From NCBI RefSeq assembly GCF_009914755.1, contig NC_060935.1: a stretch of 64,000 nt of DNA. One strand, given 5' to 3'. Below the pieces are notes generated by a model. The model saw nothing but the letters and a program-made list of their open reading frames with translations. It did no database searches and was not told the DNA's origin. The position numbers and the translations under genes were made by a program. Below, piece by piece: positions 57,192 to 64,000 of the stretch. The stretch's first letter is position 1; every line of letters starts with the position of its first letter. The stretch comes from the human T2T-CHM13v2.0 reference genome, Homo sapiens.

Positions 57192-59317
57192 GGTCGCGCA
57201 GGCGCAGAGGAGAAGGGACGAGGCGGAGGTAGCGGCGGGAGGCTGGCACTAGCCCGGGCCACGATAGGTCGGACTACAGCTGGTAGCAACTGGGGGTCGG
57301 AAGTGGAGCCCAGACAACAGCGGAGGAGAAATTTCCGGGGCAGAAAATGAAGGTGTCCGAGAGACTGACAATTCTCTTCTGACTTCCTCAGTGCTAACTG
57401 GCTTTGGGTATCTCCTGCAGCAAAGTGGCCGCCCCGCCCTCTCATCCCCTGCGACCCAGCACCCTTCTTCCTTGCCTTGAGGCTGCGCCTTAGACAGCCC
57501 GGTGGGTATCTGTTTACCCCTTAGCACTAAGGGATAAGTGCACAGTAAGTGCAGAATCATACAGTGTTTCCAAATCCTCAGGGTAGACGTGTGAGCTTAG
57601 TAAATGAGAGGAATAGCGGACGAACCTCTCCGTGTGTTTGTGTCTCGAGTGCCCTCATCTCAGGAGCAATTTTAATAACTTAACAGTTGCGGTCACATTA
57701 CTTTGAAAATACAAAAAACGTAGAAATCAGAGTAGCAAAGAAAATTATGGATCTGATGCTGTGCCAGAATTGATCACAGTTGCTCTAAAGCCCTGGGGTA
57801 ATAGTTAATATTTCATGTGAGCCTCCACTTAAACGATTTATCAATACTCAGTACACCACTCTTGGAACAGCTAGTAAAACTTCAGGTGCATTATAAAAAG
57901 TACAGTAATGCATTGGCTTCAACTTGCATATTTCCCAAACATGGGCGTTTGCAAGAAAAGCAAACACTTTTTGATAACATATACTGAAGGATCTTAAAAT
58001 AAGATCAGCAGCTTATAAGTGAACCTAAAAATCTATACACTGTTTCCATTGATCTCAAGGTTATTTAGAGATCTGCTCACGTCCTCCTACCCCTAAAGAC
58101 TTTTTAGTTTTTCATATTCTCTTTCTCTTCTTCTACCTAGAAGTATTAAATTTTCATATTGTGATCCACCATAGATAGGTATGTTTTCTTCATTTAACCT
58201 AACGTGAGTATTTTTCTATTTTGTTTCATAGTCATTGTTACAAATGACGGAGTATTCTGTTGAATAAATGCACTGTAATTTAACCTTTCTCTAATTTCCC
58301 CAACTTTATTATATATAAGTTACAGTGCTCAACCTGTGTATTGTTTTTCTTATTTCGAATTTCCCCCTTTAGGAAAATTTTTGGAAAGCGACAGTTCTGG
58401 GGTAAAGGGCATAAGGCTTTTTAAATAACTTTAAGATTTTAAAGATATATAGAGCCAATTGCTTTCCGAAAGGTGGTACCAATTTACAATTGCACCGGCT
58501 GTGAATGTAATAGACCGTAGAAATTGATCATACACAATTGGAAATGAGTAAGTGGAGAGCTCTAAAAAGTTTTAGTTGTGACCAAATCTGTTGTCTTGAG
58601 TATCCTAGTATCAATGCAACATTACCAGGATTGTTAGTGAACTAAACCTTTTAAATAATTTTAATGTTTATTTCTAGTTTTTCATCTGTAGCATTTTACA
58701 ATCAGAATATAATTGCTTATGGTAGATAATTTGGAAAACGCAGAAGTATACTAAGAACAAAGTCAACAATAATTCCACCACCCAGCAATAAGTACTGAAT
58801 GGCTAAAATAACTCTTTGGTAAATTTATTTTCAGTGTTTCCTGACACCCCAAGCATTTATAGATATATATGTTTAAAAAGAGTCGTGTTATATATAGGAG
58901 TTTATGTTCCTCCCTTGGGTATTTTGAGAAACTATAAAATTAAATCATTCTTATGATTAAGAAAAACAGTGTTACAGCAACAGCCTGTTTCAATCCCACC
59001 TCCACTTACATTTCCATTCCAACACTTCAGTGCTGACTAACACCCACTGTTTGAAAAACTTTCTAGAATTTACATGTATATTTTATATACACTTTGAATA
59101 TATCTTCCCTTCCTTCTTTACCCCCATACATATCAAAATATGCTTTAACTTTGACTATCTTGTTATTAACAAAAGACTTAAATAAATATGTTAACTTAAA
59201 ACAATTGTCAATTATTCTTGGTGCAAAATGAATGTTTATCATACTACTCTCTTTTTCTGCATTTAAAAATATTTCTTAAAACAATTCAGTTAAGTTTAAT
59301 TAAGCTCCATTATCTTG

Positions 59318-59636
<319 letters not shown>

Positions 59637-61018
59637 AATTAAGTTCCATTATCTTAAAAACGATTATAGATATGTATGTATCCATGTACGTGTATAAAAT
59701 AATATTTGAAAAGACCATTAATCTCTTATAATAACGGATATGTATAAAGACAAGGATGAGTTTAAAGGAGTAAAGTTAATATTTTACTTTATACTCTTAG
59801 ATATGTTTTGAAAATGTAAATACATACTCATTTTTGATATAGTTAACATTATGAAGAGGACAAAAAACCAACTTAACAATGACTATTTTTATTTGTTCTA
59901 CTTTATTCGAAAGATGAAAATTTCATCCATTATGATTGTGTGTTGAGCAGTTTGTGGTTTCTGTATTTTGAACATATATTATTCATCCTATAAAGGTGCA
60001 TGTCTTTCGTATTTACATAGTTTATGTTTTTAATATAAAATGACCTTCTTTGTATCATTTTGTATTTTTGTCTTGAAACCTACTTTGATATTAATGCTTC
60101 AACTTTTGCTATGTTTCTCTTTGTTTTTGCCTAATAAACCTCACCCTATCCATTTATATTTAACCTGTGTCATCTTGTTTTGGGCATATCTGCTGTAAGC
60201 AGCAGATAGATTGCATCTTGTTTTTCTTTTTTTAACTCAAATCCGAGAATCTTTTTATTTTGCAGAGAAGCTTAACCTTTTTATTTCTGATTAATGCTTG
60301 AAAGTTCAGGTGCCAAAGTGGCCCAGAACTTATTAATGGTTTTATAAGTCAATTAACGTCAATAAGCCTGAGTTTTCTTATCTGTAAAACATTGATAACA
60401 GAGTGCTGTGAAGATTAAGTTAAACAATGCATGTAAAACATATAGTCTAGTGTAAGCACTGAATGATAATTTCACAAAAGTTTAGCAATGAAAATGGTCA
60501 ACTTAGATGTTTAGTCCTATTTGGTTATTTCACTTTTGTTTTCCCTTTTATATGCAGTTGTGTCTGCTTCCTTGCTTTTATTTTATTCTATTTTCTAAAT
60601 AAAGTATGTGCTTGCTTTTTTATTTTGTCCACGATTTAAAAAAAAAAATATATATAGGTTTTAATTTATTTCAGCATGTATTAAGTAGTTAATGTGTGTT
60701 GGTACATTAGATGCAGGATACAGTGGTGAACTGAAGTGACATTTTACCTGTCTTCGTTGTATTTGAATTTTATAAGAAAGACGGATGTGAATCAAATATT
60801 CCCAATTATGAATTCAATCACTGATAATTGCCATAAATGCTATGAATGGGAAGTACGTTATGCTAAGTTAGTGGAGATGGGAATTTGCCTAATCTTGAGT
60901 TGGAGTGCAGGCATAGGTGTTAGTCTAAACAGAAGTCCTGCAATGGAAGGTAGTATAACATTAAAGAAAGCACAGAATCATCGAGGTAAACCAATGCTCA
61001 GAAATAAGGGATACCAGA

Positions 61019-63421
61019 TGTATTAGGACATTCTTGCATTGCTATGAAGAAATACCCAAGACTGGATAATTTATAAGAAAAGAGGGTTTAATTGGCTCAC
61101 ATTTCTGCAGGCTATACAGGAAGGGCTCAGGAAGCTTTAACTCATGGCAGAAGGCAAAATGAGAGCTTGTACTTCACATGGTAAATGCAGGAGCAAGTGG
61201 TGGGGGAGGTGCCACACACTTTTAAATGATCAGATCTCATGTGAACTCAACTGGAGAACTCACTCATCACCCAGGGGATGGCCCAAGCCATTCATGAGAG
61301 ATGCGCCCCCATGACCCAAATACCTCCCACCAGGCCCCATCTCCAAGATTGGGGATTACATTTCAACATGAGATTTGGGCAGGGAAAACTATCCAAACTA
61401 TATAATTCTTCTCCTGGCCCCTCCCAAATCTCATGTCCTCACATTGCAAAATAGAATCATACTTTCTCAGCAATCCCCTAAAATCTTGACCTTTGCCAGA
61501 TTTAACTCAAAAGTCCAAAGTTTCATCTGAGACAAGACAAATCCCTTCCACCTATGAGCCTGTAAAATAAACAAGTTAGTTACTTCCAAGATACAATAGG
61601 TATGTATAGGCATTGGGTAAACATTCCCATTCCAAAAGGGAGAAATTGGCTAAAAGAAAGGGGCTATAGGCTCCATGCAAGGCAAAACCCAAGCAGGCCG
61701 TCATTAAATCTTAAAGCTCCAATGTAATCCCCTTTGACTCTATGTTCCACATCCAGGGCACACTGGTGCAAGGAGAGGGCTCCCAAGGCCTTGGGCAGCC
61801 CTACCCCTATACCTTTGCAGAGTACAACTCCCCCAACTGCTCTCATGGGCTGGGATTGAGTGCCTGTGGATTTTCCAGGTACAGAGTACAAGCTGCTAAT
61901 AGATCTACCATTCTCAGGTCTGAAGGATGGTGGCCCTCTTCTCACAGTTCTACTAGCCAGTGCTCATTAGAGACTTTGTGTGGAGGCTCCAGCCCCATAT
62001 TTTCCCCTCCACATTGCCCTAGTAGAAGTTGTCTGTGAGGGTTCTGCCCCTGCAGCAGGCTTCTGCCTATACATCCAGGCTTTTTCATGCATCCTCTGAA
62101 ACCCTCACAGAAGCTTCCAAACCTCAGCTCTGGCACTCTGTACATCCACAGGCTTAACATCTCATGTAAGCCATGTAAGCTTATGGCTTGCATCCTTCAA
62201 AGTGGCAGCCCGAGCTGTACCTGGACCCTGTTGAGCCATAGCTGGAACTGGAGTGGCTGGGATGTGGGGAGAGTAGTTTGCCAAGGGCTCGGCCCATGAA
62301 ACCATTCTTCCCTCCTAAGGCCTCTGATGGGAGGGGCTGCCATGAAGTTCGCTGAAATGACTTCAAGTTGTTTTCCCCATTGTCTTGAATAGTAGCACTT
62401 GGCTCCCTTTTAGTTATGCCAATGTATCTAGCAGGTGGTTGCTCCACAGCCTGCTTGAATTCCTCTCTACAAAAAAGCTTTTTCTTTCTCTGCCATATGG
62501 CTAGGCTGCAAAATTTCCAAACTTTTATGCTCTGTTTCCTGTTTAAATATAAATTTCTACTTTAAGCCATTTCCTTGCTTCTGTATCTAAGCAAAGGTTG
62601 TTAGAAACAGCCAGGCCACATCTTGGGCACTTTGCTGCTTAGAAATTTCTTCTGTTAAATACCCTAGGTTATCACTCTCAAGTTCAGATTTCCTCAGATA
62701 CCCAGGGCATGAACAGAATGCAGCCAAACTCTTTCCTATGGCATAACATGTGTGACCTTTGCTCCAGTTCCCAATAAGTTCCTCGTTTTCATCTCAGATC
62801 TAGTCAGCCTGGATTTCATTTTCCATATCACTATCAGCATTTTGGTCACAATCATTTAAGCAGTCTCTAAGAAGTTGCACACTTACTCTCATCTTCCTGT
62901 CTTCTCTAGAAAGACATACTCCACGTGATCCTAACCTCTGGCCATTATCCAATTTCCAAGCTGTTTCTACATTTTCAGGTATCTTTATAGTAATACTCCA
63001 CTCTGAGTACTAATTTTCTGTATTAGGTCATTTTTGCATTACTATAAAGAAATGCCTGAGACTAGGTAATTTATAAGAAAAGATTTAATTTGCTTATGGT
63101 TCTGCAAGCTTTACAGGAAGCGTAATTTCTGGTGAGGCTTCAGGAAGTTTTACTCATGGTAGAAGGCAAAGCAGGAGCTTGCACTTCACATGGCAAAAGC
63201 AGGGAAAGAGAGAGAGAGTTGGGGAGGGGAGGTTCCACAGACTTTTAAATGACCACCAGATCTCAGAGCAAGAGCTCACCTATCACCAAGGGAATGGCCC
63301 AAGCCATTCATGAAGGATGGACTCCCATAATCCAAACACCTCCCACCAGGCCTCACCTTCAAGACTGGGGATTATATTTCAACATGAGATTTGGATGGGG
63401 GCGAATATCTAAACTATAACA
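61019..63421 (-). mobile_element. Full-length MSTB-like MaLR provirus (LTRs 61019-~61405 and 63019-63421, ~1.6 kb internal region)
   Basis: Two similar LTRs, MaLR internal sequence, polypurine tract next to the 3' LTR; interrupts an L2 fragment. Confidence 0.88.
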
Positions 63422-64000
63422 CCATCTGAGGCTGGAAAGGTAGACAGAGGCCCAACAACACAGGCAGCCTGAGAGGCAGCTGTAAGGATGATTAAAAGGC
63501 TTTTATCCTTAGGGCAAAGAGGAATAATTGAAAGGAGTTTTCCATTAATGTGATTTTTCCAGAAATCTCAAAATTAACTGAAGGCATGCAATAATCCAAA
63601 GAGCCCTTATTCAACAAAAGTGCTAAATATTGGTAAGAACAACAAATTGTGTGACATTTTAATTTCCCTATTTCCATTCTCTTCTTTATACCTAAATGGT
63701 AGGTATAAAATCCAGCAGCCTCTCAACAATAGGTATGTAAAGTGGAATTCTAGAAGCTACAAGAGGAGGCAGAATGGCATTGTCTAAGCATTGACCCATC
63801 TGACAGCTCCTTGGAAAAGCTCAATTTTTAAGGCTTGTGATCGTTTTGACTTACTGAAAGCTTGTTGATTGGGAAAAATCTTGTTTCTAGGACATTTGCT
63901 GAAAACAATCAAAAGTGATTGTTTAACATGGCAGCTGCCTGAGGAGACTATACGAGTTGAGGCCAATAAGAAGCTGGCCAATAAAAATGTAAATGGAAGA

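Larger units (their letters stand above)
56500..57500. promoter_or_regulatory. CpG island / CHORDC1 promoter and first exon
   Basis: Abrupt rise in GC and CpG content around the ATG; ETS-like TTCCGGAA (~57146) and CGGAAGTG (57298-57305). Confidence 0.9.

Noticed and set aside
56666-57445. 259-aa - strand ORF and neighbouring ORFs over the promoter
   Set aside because: GC-rich, stop-poor shadow ORFs, out of frame with CHORDC1, low complexity and without any recognisable domain.
61664-62447. ORFs in the MaLR internal region
   Set aside because: Decayed fragments of the MaLR internal ORF, short and interrupted.

Overview
Eukaryotic, primate DNA, recognised from protein sequence as the human NAALAD2/CHORDC1 locus (11q14.3). 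The + strand carries the last 8 coding exons and 3' UTR of NAALAD2 (glutamate carboxypeptidase III; 3008-~26690). The - strand carries the complete 11-exon CHORDC1 gene (CHP-1/morgana, an Hsp90 co-chaperone; CDS 57035->36485, exons sum to 999 nt = 332 aa + stop), with a CpG-island promoter containing a perfect 5-unit heat-shock element. The two genes are convergent. Almost all other ORFs in the track are shadows of repeats. I found no new protein-coding system, RNA gene or CRISPR array. The most notable structures are: (1) an L1PA2 insertion with both a twin-priming 5' inversion and a 144-bp 3' transduction; (2) a four-layer MER5A/Alu/LTR12C/AluY nest that places a sense LTR12C promoter ~560 bp upstream of a NAALAD2 exon; (3) a rare SVA2 element; (4) several locally templated rearrangements (a 52-bp fold-back hairpin, a ~160-bp dispersed duplication flanking an exon, a micro direct-inverted-direct repeat); (5) two candidate poison exons in CHORDC1; (6) a CFTR-like (TG)12 tract at a weak acceptor; (7) a probably L1-derived NAALAD2 poly(A) signal. 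Exon coordinates were read base by base. Repeat subfamily names come from remembered consensus sequences, and the edges of old repeats are approximate.
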